64,000 bases of DNA from Rhizophagus irregularis. Taxonomy: Eukaryota. This document shows, in pieces, positions 1 to 11,995 of the stretch (positions are counted from its first letter, which is position 1; each line of letters begins with the position of its first letter). Made by a program: the position numbers and the translations under genes. The stretch lies in the NCBI RefSeq assembly GCF_026210795.1, contig NC_089435.1, positions 496,001 through 560,000 of the forward strand, given 5' to 3'. The notes beneath the pieces are model-generated. The model saw nothing but the letters and a program-made list of their open reading frames with translations. It did not search any database and was not told the origin of the DNA.

Positions 1-3000
1 TCATGAATTACTTTAAGTCCTAATATAATTGTTTTCAATAATTGTAGCTTATCTTGCCACTTAAATTTAATTATATCAGGTAAACATTTTCTCAAACTTC
101 CTTTTTTCGCATAACTCATTACAATTATATAATTTAAATTATTTGGATCTTGAGTAATTCCAAAGAATTGAATAAATTTTGAAAATGATTTCTTTTGACA
201 ATTATAATGATATTTCCACTATATAGACGATAAAAAAATTATTAAATTTTTTGCAAAAGAAAATAAAATTTGCTATTAAAATAAATACTATACCTCATCC
301 AGAAATTTACTATTTAAACTTGATGAATTATTAAGTATTTTAAGAACAACCTCATAATCTATTTGTCTATTCCATTGTTGTTGTTTAAAATTCCAACTAT
401 AAATAGGTCCATCTAACCAGATAGCTTTATGGATTTCTCCAAATCCTCCTTTATCATAATAATAAATACTTGACAATTTATTATAAGGTATCCATTCTAA
501 AATTTCATAACTATTTTTAGTATTCTGTTGTGCTTCTTGAATAAATTTATCAATAAATTCATTTTTACTAGTCCATTTTGAAAAATCTTGTTGAAATCGT
601 CTAGTATTACATTGTTGACACCACTGATAATCAGTATATGGTTGCATGCATTCATTACATGATTCAACTTCATTTTTAGAATTTACGTTATTTTCTGCTA
701 CTTTTTGATACCAATAAAAAGCTTTTTCTAAATTCTTCTTTGTCCCTTCTCCATCATAATACCAATTGGCTAAATTAAGCATTGCTTTAATATGATCTTT
801 TTCTGCTGCTTTTTGGCACCAACGAAAGGCTTTTTCTAAATTCTTTTCTGTTCCTTCTCCATTATAATAGCTATTGGATAAATTAAACATTGCTACTTCA
901 TCACCATTTTCTGCTGATTTTTGAAACCAATGAAAGGCTTTTTCTAAATTCTTTTCTGTTCCTTTTCCATTATAATAATTACTGGCTAAACTAAGCATTG
1001 CATTAATACACCCATTTTCTGCTGCATTTTGATTCCAATAAAAGGCTTTTCCTAAATTCTTTTCTGTTCCTTCTCCATTTTTATAACATATGGCTAAATC
1101 TTTCATTGCATACTTCTCGCCATTTTCTGCTGCTCTTTGAAACAAATAAAAGGCTTTTTCTAAATTCTTTTCTGTTCCTTCTCCATTTTTATAACTAGTT
1201 GCTAAATTAAACATCGCTACTTCATCACCATTTTCTACTGCTTTTTGATACCAATAAAAGGCTTTTTCTAAATTCTTTTCTGTTCCTTTTCCATAATAAT
1301 AACTATCAGCTAAATTATTCATTGCTTTAATATAATCTTTTTCTGCTGCTTTTTGATACCAATGAAAGGCTTTTTCATAATTCTTTTCTATTCCTTTTCC
1401 ATCATAATAACTATTGGCTAAATTATTCATTGCTTTAATATAATCTTTTTCTGCTGCTTTTTGATACCAATAAAAAGCTTTTTCATAATTCTTTTCTGTT
1501 CCTTCTCCATTTTCATAGCATATAGCTAAATTAAGCATTGCTTTTTCATAACCATTTTCTGCTGCTTTTTGATACCAATGAAAGGCTTTTTCATAACTAT
1601 TTTCTGTTCCTTCTCCATAATAATAACTATCAGCTAAATTAAACATTGCTACTTCATTACCATTTTCCGTTGCTTTTTGATACCAATGAAAGGCTTTTTT
1701 ATAATTATTTTCTGTTCCTTCTCCATGATAATAACTATTGGCTAAATTATTCATTGCTACTTCATCACCATTTTCTGCTGCTTTTTAATACCAATAAAAG
1801 GCTTTTTCTAAATTCTTTTCTGTTCCTTCTCCATTATAATAGCTATTGGATAAATTAAACATTGCTACTTCATTACCATTTTCTGCTGCTTTTTGATACC
1901 AATGAAAGGCTTTTTCATAATTCTTTCCTGTTCCTTTTCCATTATAATAACTATTAGCTAAATTAAACATTGCTACTTCATCACCATTTTCTGCTGCTTT
2001 TTGATGCCAATGAAAGGCTTTTTTTAAATTCTTTTCTGTTCCTTTTCCATCATAATAACATAGCGCTAAACTATTTATTGCTTTAATATGATCCTTTTCT
2101 GCTGCTTTTTGATACCAATAAAAAGCTTTTTCATAACTATTTCCTGTACCTTCTCCATAATAATAACTATTTGCTAAATTAAACATTGCTACTTCATTAC
2201 CATTTTCTGCTGCTTTTTGATACCAATGAAAGGCTTTTTTATAATTATTTTCTGTTCCTTCTCCATGATAATAACTATTGGCTAAATTATTCATTGCTAC
2301 TTCATCGCCATTTTCTGCTGCTTTTTTATACCAATAAAAGGCTTTTTCTAAATTCTTTTCTGTTCCTTCTCCATTTTTATAACTAGCTGCCAAATTAAAC
2401 ATTGCTACTTTATTACCATTTTCTGCTGCTTTTTGATACCAATAAAAGGCTTTTTCATAATTCTTTTCTGTTTCTTTTCCATTATAATAACTATTGGCTA
2501 AATTATTCATTGCTTTAATATAATCTTTTTCTGCTGCATTTTGATACCAATAAAAGGCTTTTTCATAATTCTTTTCTGTTCCTTTTCCATTATAATAACT
2601 ATTGGCTAAATTATTCATTGCTTTAATATAATCTTTTTCTACTGCTTTCTGATACCAATAAAAGGCTGTTTCATAATTCTTTTCTGTTCCTTCTCCATTT
2701 TCATAGACCATAGCTAAATTAAGCATTGCTTTTTCATCACCATTTTCTGCTGCTTTTTGATACCAATTAAAGGCTTTTTCATAATTCTTTTCTGTTCCTT
2801 CTCCATTTTCATAACATATGGCCAAACTATTCATTGCTTTTACATAACCATTTTCTGCTGCTTTTTGATAACAATAAACTGCTTTTTCTAAATCCTTTTC
2901 TGTTCCTTTTCCATTTTCATAGCATATAGCTAAATTAAACATTGCTTTTTTATCACCATTTTCTGCTGCTTTTTGATACCAATAAAAAGCTTTTTCATAA

Positions 3001-4067
3001 CTATTTTCTGTTCCTTCTCCATAATAATAACTATAAGCTAAATTAAACATTGCTACTTCATTACCATTTTCTGCTGCGTTTTGATACCAACAAAAGGCTT
3101 TTTCTAAATCCTTTTCTGTTCCTTTTCCATTTTTATAGCATATGGTTAAATTATACATTGCTTTTTCATCACCATTTTCTGCTGCTTTTTGATACCAATA
3201 AAGGGCTTTTTCATAATTCTTTTCTGTTCCTTCTCCATGATAATAACATATAGCTAAACTATTCATTGCTTTTTCATACCCATTTTCTGCTGCTTTTTAA
3301 TGCCAACAAAAGGCTTTTTCTAAATCCTTTTCTGTTCCTTTTCCATTTTTATAGCATATGGTTAAATTATACATTGCTTTTTCATCACCATTTTCTGCTG
3401 CTTTTTGATACCAATAAAAGGCTTTTTCATAATTCTTTTCTGTTCCTTCTCCATGATAATAACATATGGCCGAACTATTCATTGCTACTTCATCACCATT
3501 TTCCGCTGCTTTTTGATACCAATGAAAGGCTTTTTCTAAATCCTTTTCTGTTCCTTTTCCATTTTTATAGCATATGGTTAAATTATACATTGCTTTTTCA
3601 TCACCATTTTCTGCTGCTTTTTGATACCAATAAAAGGCTTTTTCATAATTCTTTTCTGTTCCTTCTCCATGATAATAACATATGGCCGAACTATTCATTG
3701 CTACTTCATCACCATTTTCCGCTGCTTTTTGATACCAATGAAAGGCTTTTTCTAAATCCTTTTCTGTTCCTTTTCCATCATAATAACATAGAGCTAAACT
3801 ATTCATTGCTTTAATATGATCTTTTTCTGCTGCTTTTTGATACCAATGAAAGGCTTTTTCTGAATTCTTTTCTGTTCCTTCTTCATCTCTATATCTATTG
3901 GCTAAATTAAACATTGCAACTTTGTCATCATTTTCTGCTGATCTTTTTAAATAATCAATACATTCTTTACACCATAATCCTTCAGTAAATGGGTTACAAC
4001 AATTTTTGATGTTTATTATATCTGTATCTTTATCTGAGATATTTAAATTACTAAGTTTAATTTCCAT
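1..4067 (-). pseudogene. Sel1-like repeat (SLR) protein with C-terminal CxxC linker and tyrosine-kinase-like kinase; two in-frame TAA stops; runs off the window start
   Basis: ORFs 3297..4067, 1785..3266 and 288..1754 are in one frame, separated only by TAA at 3297-3299 and 1785-1787. 36-aa repeats AMxNLAxxYxxGxGTEKNxEKAFxWYQKAAE. Then CNEC..WCQQC, WIPY, GGFGEI, VVLK. GT-AG intron 293..219, then exon WKYHYNCQKKSFSKFIQFFGITQDP...LGLKVIH. Confidence 0.8.
700..3930 (-). repeat. Array of about 30 near-identical 108-bp Sel1 repeat units
   Basis: 108-bp periodicity of ttttctgctgctttttgataccaat. Higher-order duplications: a 216-bp block at ~3311-3742 and a 540-bp offset between ~1640-1860 and ~2180-2400. 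Confidence 0.92.
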
Positions 4068-4184
4068 TTGGCTATTTTAGAAATTTATTTTATTGAAAAA
4101 AAAATTTTTTTTTTTATTCAATATGCCATAAATGAGTTACTAAAAAAGAATACTTACCAAAAGTAGAAGTTACTATAAAAAATG

Positions 4185-7100
4185 CACCCCAGCCAAATGA
4201 TCGACATAGTTTCTAAGCTAAGTGGGCGTGCACTACATCCTAGCTTATAAACTGCCCATGGGCCAGATTAGCCCACGAGATCTGATTGGTCCAAACAACT
4301 TACCAACATTTAATTACAAATAAGGCAATTTTATAACTTTTGACCGGATATTTACTTATAAACTCATGGTCAAGGATTGCATTAATGTACATTTTGTACC
4401 ACCTTGTAACTATAAAAAAGGCAAAAAATTTTCAAGGTTACACATTAATTTGGCCAGAATTAAGATAATTTCGCCCAGCAAAATTTGGCCGGAATTATAA
4501 AAACGGACATTAATGTCCGTTTTTGTAAATTTGGTAAGCATTATATTATAAATGCAAATATTATAAATTGCATCAATTTATCATAATCCAGTAATCATAG
4601 AAAAAATAAATTATAACTTGTTAGCTTTGTCTCATCAAGACATGTTAAATTGTTAAATTGTGGTTTCTATCATCAATAGATGGAAAGTTATTGGCATTTG
4701 GAAATATTTAAAAATACAAAAAAATTCTTTTCAAACAATGTAAATATCTTATTATTTATTAATCCTAAAGGTATAAAACTCCTACCATTTAATACATCTC
4801 AATACAATCCAACAAGCTGTGTATTATATTTTTACAATTACTTGATGACAAGTTAATGCAATTTAACTTTTAGCAATTTGGTATATTTTAACCAAAAAAA
4901 AAATTTTTTTATTGTAAATTTAAGTTATTTAACATTTAAAAAATGATTTTTTGTTTTTATTTTTCACTATTAAATACAAATTATTTCAAAAATGCAGAAA
5001 ATTAAATCTTTTAATTATTATTTAAAAATTATGCTATTAAATAAAACATTATTTTTTTGTTTTTTATTTACTTTTTTTATTAGATCTAAAAATTGTCAGA
5101 AATTTAAATCCTTCAATTATTAATACATTACATATTTATGGAAGTTAAATAAACATACTTATTTAATGTAATTTAGCAATTAACATTGATTAATTTTGAT
5201 TTTATTAATTTTTTTTTATTTGATGATTTTGATCCAAATTATTTCGAAAATTGATAAAAATTTAAATGATTTGGCTCTTTTAATTATTAATATATTACAT
5301 ATTTATGGAAGTTAAATAAATATACTTATTTATTAATCTACTATTTAATGTAATTTAGCAATTAACATTTTATTTTGATTTTATTTATTTTTTTTATTGA
5401 TCTAAATTATTTAAAAATTAATAGAAATTAAATGATTTATTTGGCTCTTTTAATTATTAATATATTATATATTTATAGAAGTTAAATAAACATACTTATT
5501 TAATCTATTTAATGTAATTTAGCAATTAACATTGATTTTATTTTAATTTTATTTTATTTTTTTATTTGATCTAAATTATTTAAAATTTGATAGAAAATTA
5601 AAGGATTTGATTCTTAATTATTAGTACATTATATTTATGGAAGTTAGATAAACATACCTATTTAATAATGGAATTTAATGTTTAAAATTATTTTATTAAT
5701 ATAAAACTTAATTTTTGTTTTGTTTTTATTTACAGTTTTTTATTTTTATTTTTTTTTATTAGATACAAATTATTTTAAATATTGTTAGAAATTGGATCAA
5801 CAAAATCATTTATTAAAAAAATTTGGATTTGCAAATATTGCAGTAAATGTTTATCAGTACATTTCGCAAATCCAAATTTTTTTTAATGAATGATTTTGTT
5901 GATCCAATTTCTAACAATATTTAAAATAATTTGTATCTAATAAAAAATAAATAAATAATAAATACTGTAAATAAAAACAAAACAAAAATTAAGTTTTATA
6001 TTAATAAAATAATTTAAATATTAAATTCCATTAAATAGGTATGTTTATTCAACTTCTATAGATATAATAATATACTAATAATTAAAAGAATCAAATCATT
6101 TAATTTTCTAATAATATTTAAAATAAATTATATCTAATTAAAAAAAAGAATAAAACTAAAATAAAATCAATGGCCTATTAATAAAATAATTTTTCAATTG
6201 CTAAATTGCATATGTAATGTACTAATAATTAAAGAATCTAATTTTTTGACAATTTTTAAAATAATTTGCATCTAATAATAAAAAAAATATTTTAATTAAT
6301 AAAATAATTTTAAATACCAAATTACATTAAATACCAATATGTTTATGTAACTTTCACATATATTTAATTTACTACTAAATACTAGGTATATTTATATATG
6401 TAACTTCCACATATATTTAATATACTAATAATTGAAAGATCTAATTTTTTGGCAATTTTAAAAATAAAAAAACTAAAAAGTCAATATTTTTTCAATAAAC
6501 CAATTTTTTAAATGCCAAATAGCATTAAATAAATAGTATATTTATATAACATTATCTACAAAGATAGTATATAATGAATTGGATAATTAAATAATTTATT
6601 TATACATTCTTAATGTAATATATATATATTATATTAAAGTAAACTTCCATAAATAGCATGTGATGTATTATTTTATAACAATTAGAATAATAAATTAAAT
6701 TATTAATTAATTATATCAATTATAAATTTTTGTAAATTTTCTTTACAAAATTTTCGTATAATATTTATAAAACACAATGTTCATATAACTTTTATATATT
6801 AAATAAATAATAAAACAATATCTAGTATTCTGATTTAAAAAAAACAAATGTCTATTATCTGATTAAATATTTACATTAAATTGCTGAAAGCTAAACTGCT
6901 TTAGCTTGAAATCAAGTAATTACAAATAGAAAGATAAAATATATATAGCTTGTTGGATTGTTTTTTTGAGATATTTTAAATGGTATGGTGCGGCGCATCT
7001 ATACTCATCAACAGTCCAAAAATTTATTTTAGGCCGATCTTTACCAAATTAAGTAATAGTTTAGCCTTATTTGGTAACATCCCCATTGATCATTGCGTGA

Positions 7101-8121
7101 TTTATTAAATTAGATTTACCTGATTGGCTCAAATCGTAATCACGTGGAAAATTGATTCCGAAATTTCACTATTTTACATAGACTTATATAAAAAATACTC
7201 CAACTTAAAAAGCTAATAACTTTTAATCTATAAAAGTTAGAGGAAATTAAATCCGATAGAATGAAAGAGAATCCTTTAATCTATAATTGTATCAGTTTAC
7301 TTTTTCAGTTTAACATAAAATTTTAATGAGTTATTGAAGTTTAAAAATACCCAATTTTCATTTGATGAGTATAGATGCGCCGCACCATAGCAGTTTTATA
7401 CCTTTAGGATTAATAAATACAGTAAATAATAAAATATTAACATTTTCTTGAAATAATTTTTTATATTTTTAAATATTTATAAATGCTAATAACTTTTATT
7501 TATTGATAATAGAAATTCCACTATTTAGCATATTTTGATGAGACAAAGACAACAAAATATAATTTATTTATTTATGATTACTGAATAATTAGTTAAAATA
7601 TTTACATTCATAATGCTGGCCAAATTTACAAAAACGGACATAAATGTCCGTTTTTATAATTCCGGCCAAATTTGAAAACCATCTATTTTATAATTCCGGC
7701 CAAATTTATGTCCGTTTTTATAATTCTGGCCAAATTTGCAAACGGACATTTATGTCCGTTTTTATAATTCTTGCCAAATTTGCAAACGGACATTTATGTC
7801 CGTTTTATAATTCCGGCCAAATTTTGCTGGGCGAAATTATCTTAATTCTGGCCAAATTAATGTGTAACCTTAAAAAATTTTTTGCCTTTTTTATAGTTAC
7901 AAGGTGGTACAAAATGTACATTAATGCAATCCTTGACCATGAGTTTATAAGTAAATATCCGGTCAAAAGTTATAAAATTGCCTTATTTGTAATTAAATGT
8001 TGGTAAGTTGTTTGGACCAATCAGATCTCGTGGGCTAATCTGGCCCATGGGCAGTTTATAAGCTAGGATGTAGTGCACGCCCACTTAGCTTAGAAACTAT
8101 GCCGATCATTTGGCTGGGGTG
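4185..8121. mobile_element. Non-autonomous foldback DNA transposon with long TIRs and 8-bp TSD
   Basis: Starts CACCCCAGCCAAATGATCG (4185) and ends CGATCATTTGGCTGGGGTG (8121). Near-perfect inverted repeat of ~330 bp. AAAAAATG duplicated at 4177-4184 and 8122-8129. Internal arms also inverted about a centre near 5850. No transposase ORF. Confidence 0.9.
6986..7387. mobile_element. MITE with TA target duplication (Tc1/mariner-type), nested in the foldback right arm
   Basis: 26-bp perfect TIR TGGTGCGGCGCATCTATACTCATCAA. TA at 6984-6985 and 7388-7389. The left arm (~4770-4792) shows the empty site. Confidence 0.9.
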
Positions 8122-9202
8122 AAAAAATGAATTTTTTTCGGGTCATATTTTTTCCGATGCACTGATCTGCATCATACCCAAATTCTTAAAAAAATTTTCT
8201 ATTGAAACAGATTGCGATGTGTTGAATTTCACTATGTTTTAGTATACGGTAGTAGACATAAATAAAAAAAATTGTTAACGTAAAAATAAACAAGCTTAAT
8301 TTTGAAAAATTTTAAAATTAAAAGAAGCATTTTTTATCAGCACGTTCTTTAATGAAATTGGTAGACAAATGGGTATTAATTGAATATTTTCACAAATAAA
8401 ACTTTACATAGGTATACAAAAATCGTTATACTAATATAATTATAATAATTACATTCAATAGTAATTTTTTTATGTTCTCAGAAATTTGACGATACATAGT
8501 ATAATAAATGATTATATATTATAAACTAAGAATCCTGTTATACTCAAATAATATTAAAAAAAAGATTTTTTTTAAAAAAAATTTTCTGGGTAACATATGC
8601 TTAAAAAATAATAAAAGTTAAATAAATAAATAAAATCTATTTTTGATAAAAATAGATGTTAAAAGTTACAATAAATGAATCCTAAATTTAGATTGGCCCA
8701 TGTGCTATTACGTAATTCTAATTTTTGTATATTAATTAAATTTGAAAAAATTTCAAAAAATTCTTCTAATTGTAAATAGGCATGTTTTATTATTTCTTAT
8801 CCATAACCATAATGATATATTATGGTAAGCCGACTGAACCGTGCTTGACAAACGTGTGCCACATTTTACGGCAGCAGCAGGTACAGAGGTGTTGCGGCAG
8901 GTAGCGCCTAATCGTGGCAGGTGTTTTTTACAGCAGGTGCTTCGGTAATAGGCTTTTTTGGAAATTGGATTTTTGAGCTTTTTACATTCATTTCTAAATT
9001 AATTAGTTTATTTTTAATTTTCTAAACAAAAATGGTTAGGACAAATTTTTTTCTGAATCGTTGGTCCTATACCTTTTTATTGGATTAATTATTAAAATAT
9101 ATTTAGTCTAATTTAGATGCCACATACATAATGCATAGAGCTGACCCGAAAGTTATTAAGAAAGTGGTTCAGCATATTTTATATAGAAAATTTCAAAGTT
9201 TA

Positions 9203-9571
9203 CACGGGGTGTTTGAACACGGGTCATGTGAAATATAATGACACCAATGTCACACCCTTTTACTTTTTCTATGTAATATATGTATTTTTGACTGCTCTGC
9301 AAGTTTACTTAAGGCATCAAAGGGGGTTTTGAATGCCGTTTTTGACTTATATATGAAAAACTGTCTTTGCCGATCATTTCCTAAATTTTTTTAAGAGCGA
9401 TCGGCAAAATCAATTATTCATAGGTAAAGTCAAAACTGACATTCATAAGCACCTTTGATGCCTTAGGTAAACTTGTAGAGCAGGCAAAAATCCATTTATC
9501 TACTAATTTTGAAGTTTATACTATTAGTCAAAATGGCAATAATCACATGACCCGGGTTCAAACACCCCGTG
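9203..9571. mobile_element. MITE with TA target duplication and internal palindrome
   Basis: TIR CACGGGGTGTTTGAAC(A/C)CGGGTCATGTGA. TA at 9201-9202 and 9572-9573. Internal inverted repeat 9292-9483. Confidence 0.85.
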
Positions 9572-9583
9572 TACAAATAGAAA

Positions 9584-10360
9584 TTGCCTTTTATATATAA
9601 ACAAACTTCTAATGATGCATTTAAAGCTCTTATAGAACGGTTACCGACCTTAGAACAAATAGAAAACTCTGTACAAGTAGAAAATAAAATTATTGCTGAT
9701 CATCAAAAAATTGCTAAAGAATTGGAACCTTTAATTGAATTTATTGATTTCAGACGAATTCAAGTTCAAGTATTAGTTGATATTATTGAGCTTGAGCCAC
9801 TAGAAATTGTTCTAACTAAAATTATTCTAAATGTATATCGATATAATACAAAATCAATTAATTCCGGTAGAAATTATACCCATTTATTTCAATTATACAG
9901 CATGTGGATCAAAACTTATTATTGAGGATAATGGAAAAGTTATTCATGCACGAAATGATCTTGATTTACTCCACAGTGTTAGAGCTAAAATGAAATTAGA
10001 AAATAATTATATTTTTGAATGGGATGTTATTATTGAAAGAGATTGTAGTTGGTCTTGGGTTGGGGTATGTGCATCAGAAAATTTTAATTATGAAATTCCT
10101 GCAGGAAAACAATCTTCTGGATGGGTATTAGGTTCAATGGTAATTGTCGTAGTTCTGGAGTTAATATAGGAAATTATTGCCCATCATTCGGAGATGGTAC
10201 AAAAATTACTGTCCACTTAGATATGAATAAAAGAACTTGTGCACGGTACAAAGTATCCAGAAGTATCAACATGGGATAATTTACCATCAAAGCTTTATTC
10301 AGTACTCAGTAGTATCGTTGTATTACCCTGGTCAATTTCGAATTCAGCTTCATCAGAAAA
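9584..10360 (+). pseudogene. 5'-truncated, frameshifted BTB/BACK-SPRY (concanavalin-like) gene remnant
   Basis: Overlapping ORFs give a BACK-like segment (ERLPTLEQIENS..KELEPLIEFIDFRRI) and a SPRY-like segment (FEWDVIIERDCSWSWVGVCASENFNY..GWVLGS). KITVHLDMNKRTC and KYPEVSTWDNLPSKLY follow in other frames. Confidence 0.75.
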
Positions 10361-10929
10361 GAATTTGATTGTAAAAAATCTTTTGATATTATTTACAACT
10401 ATAATGAAAGATTTAAATTCGTGGCCAAATTACTAATATAGTCAGAAATCATAATTTAGTGTTCAAGTCTTTTTTCAAATTTTGGTTATTTTTAATTTAT
10501 ATATTTTATAAATTAATAAAATAACAATAATAAACAGCTTTTTTTTTATGGCTGATGAAATATTTTAACCATACATGCAAATTTTACGGTACTAATACTT
10601 TTTAACCGCGTAAAGAAACCCTTTATCCAATCATATGAGTCACTGAATAGCGTAAAAAAAGTTAGTCGAACTAAGCTAAATTTATTAAATATTAAATTAA
10701 TCAAACCACATTTTTGCGAGTGAATATGATAAGAAAAAATAAGAATAAAACTAGAAAGAGAAGAAAAACTCTATAATTGAAAAGTTCTATTTGTCTATGG
10801 GAGTAAAAATCTATATCCCAGTTCACATCTTCAACTGTGCATAAGAAGTAAGAATTTCACCTGACGCCAACGTTAAGACACCTATTTAAAAGAAAAAATT
10901 AATTGATACATGCCCTACAAAATTTACAA

Positions 10930-11760
10930 AATTTTTTAGTCACTATCACCTTATACCATATGAGGTTTACCACCCTGTTAATTATGCCTAAGCAGGGAAC
11001 CCCAGGACACCCATGTGGCCATCATAGGATCTATGGTAAATGGACTCATATAGTATTCAATAACAATTACTAAGTAAGTGACATGGCATAGGAGATATGT
11101 GTCATTTCCAACGGGAACCTGGCCTTCCCTTCCATATGGATCAGCTTGGGGATCACCTATATGGCATCATTGTAGCTATGACTTTGTGCACAAAATCAGA
11201 TAGCTACTAGCCTGTAGCAAATGGTACGTACTACGAGCACATAAACCCCTATGTCAATTATACCAGTTCACCATCCGGAAGACTTTCAGTGAACCCTGCA
11301 GTGTTACACCTACACATACGTCCATCCGGCGAACTATTATAATTATACTTACCACTTAATGATATGACCTAGCCTCATTTAGTGTTAGCTTGTCCCCTAT
11401 CGAAGGAGCTCTAGTAGTAGAAGAGGGATCTGCAGGAGAATGAGAAGAAATGAAACCAGAAGCTGGAGCGTGAATAGAGGTTTCAAGAGAAGAGTTTTCT
11501 GAAGCGGTAAGTTCAGCGGTATTTTGAGTATTCATTACTTCCTATACAAGCTCTATTGAGAAGTGAAAACAAGTGAATATTTGCGATGCGTAACCAAAGG
11601 AAGAATGATAACTAATAAAATAGTACCGTAAATACAGTAGGTACAAGAACCACAAAACGTCACAAGAGTAGTTTGAATGGTTTTTCACTTACAAACAAGT
11701 TTTTAATAGCCAATGAAACTCATTACCCATATGTTGTCCAAAGGCAGTAAATACAGTTCT
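10930..11760 (-). mobile_element. Putative internally deleted non-LTR retroelement derivative: short ORF1-like start joined to a structured GC-richer tail ending in an A-run
   Basis: 59-aa S/T/P-rich ORF 11535..11356 (MNTQNTAELTASENSSLETSIHAPASG...). Followed by ~430 nt with many hairpins, ending GATAGTGACTAAAAAA. The family assignment rests on my recollection of the SIHAP motif and is unverified. Confidence 0.35.
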
Positions 11761-11767
11761 TAATGTT

Positions 11768-11995
11768 AAAAAAGGTGTTTACTTGCGTGTGAAAAAAAAG
11801 GTATTTACTTGCGCGTGAAAAAAGGTATTTATTTGCGCGTAAAAAAAAAAGGCATTTCTCTTGCGCGTGAAAAAAGATATTTACTTACGCGTGAAAAAAA
11901 GGTATTCACTTGTGCGTGAAAAAAAAAGGTATTTATTGTATTTATTTTCGCGTGAAAAAAAAGATATTTATTTGCGTGTGATAAAAAGGTATTTG
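11768..11995. repeat. Tandem array of ~8 copies of a ~26-30 bp unit
   Basis: Consensus AAAAAAGGTATTTACTTGCGCGTG; units are contiguous with variable A-run length. Confidence 0.85.

Noticed and set aside
1646..3814. + strand ORFs rich in L/F/H (1646, 2186, 3050, 3266)
   Set aside because: Antisense shadows of the Sel1 repeat array.
7644..8006. 120-aa ORF
   Set aside because: Lies wholly in the foldback TIR and its tandem subrepeats; no transposase motifs.
8840..8945. Clustered GCAGGT(G/A) motifs in a GC-rich island
   Set aside because: Too short and irregular to assign; no termini or structure identified.
11768..11995. CRISPR-like regular repeats
   Set aside because: Units are contiguous with no unique spacers, no cas genes, and the context is eukaryotic.
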